Below are positions 63,671 to 64,000 of a stretch of 64,000 bases of DNA, one piece after another. The position numbers and the translations under genes were made by a program. The number at the start of each line of letters is the position of its first letter. Position 1 is the stretch's first letter. Source of the DNA: Chloroflexota bacterium (GTDB taxonomy: Bacteria > Chloroflexota > Dehalococcoidia > Dehalococcoidales > UBA2162); assembly GCA_043812795.1 (NCBI GenBank), contig JBDRLU010000068.1:6208-70207 (forward strand). Reading direction: 5' to 3'. Below the pieces are notes generated by a model that was given only the letters and a program-made list of their open reading frames with translations, did not search any database and was not told where the DNA came from.

Positions 63671-64000
63671 GGTGATATCAATTAGCCCCTATCAACTGGG
63701 CTGGTTCTCGACCGGTCGTGATGAGGCTGCCCGCAACCTCCTGACTGCGGTCAATGACAGTATTCGGCAGGGTAAGATTAAGGCTCAAATAGCTTTTGTC
63801 TTCTGTAGCCGTGAGCCGGGCGAAGCTAAAGAGAGCGATTTATTTATCAAACTGGTGAATGAGTACCGGATTCCCCTGGTCTGTTTTTCCTACCAGAAAT
63901 TCAAGGCTAAGCAGACAGTTACCGATGCTAGCCATCAATCATCCCTGCCTTCGTGGCGGCTGGAATACGACCGCCAGGTAATGGAACGGCTGAAGAACTT
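63671..64000 (+). CDS. Partial ORF running off the window, formyltransferase (PurN-superfamily)-like N-terminus
   Basis: Hand translation gives ..ISPYQLGWFSTGRDEAARNLLTAVNDSIRQGKIKAQIAFVFCSREPGEAKESDLFIKLVNEYRIPLVCFS... The start is unclear: the GTG at 63671 abuts the G-rich RBS, and an in-frame ATT lies at 63680. Confidence 0.3.

Overview
This is a gene-dense 64-kb chromosomal segment from what looks like a strictly anaerobic, ferredoxin-centred bacterium. The gene content suggests a Chloroflexota/Dehalococcoidia-like or similar uncultured lineage, but that call is inference only. The content includes the DapL/DapF lysine route, COG1900 + NIL-ferredoxin + COG2122 homocysteine synthesis, a methionine synthase split into four genes, Hdr/Flx/MvhD modules, a tungsten-type AOR, two 2-oxoacid:ferredoxin oxidoreductases and thiolase-DUF35/crotonase/Hbd genes. 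Housekeeping genes are aspS-tig-clpP, hflX-dapL-dapF, dprA-topA, xerC-pepP, a Zur-controlled metal ABC importer and six tRNAs. The most unusual locus is a nine-gene minus-strand operon at 30913-40803. It joins a canonical-looking aldehyde:ferredoxin oxidoreductase subunit to a BamCDEF-like module (Fe-S protein, HdrD-like, a 1028-aa double HdrA, MvhD) and a Flx-type NAD(P)H module. A GG-terminated MoaD-like gene is embedded in it, and a ferredoxin-DsrE-TusA trio converges on it. I read this as a candidate, apparently undescribed, flavin-based electron-bifurcating aldehyde/carboxylate oxidoreductase. Other notable items are a split CbcL-like nine-heme cytochrome c + cytochrome b module and several small AT-rich islets. 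The islets carry a NERD protein, an Rx4H HEPN-like protein, small proteins next to or between tRNA genes, and a GIY-YIG nuclease between two tRNA-Ser genes. Two families of intergenic repeats recur: mosaic GC-rich hairpin elements and AGCTGAY heptamer arrays. HflX has conserved N-terminal residues encoded upstream of any canonical start codon. No CRISPR array, rRNA, transposase or prophage was seen. All functional calls rest on motif and family recognition by eye, and no database search was run.
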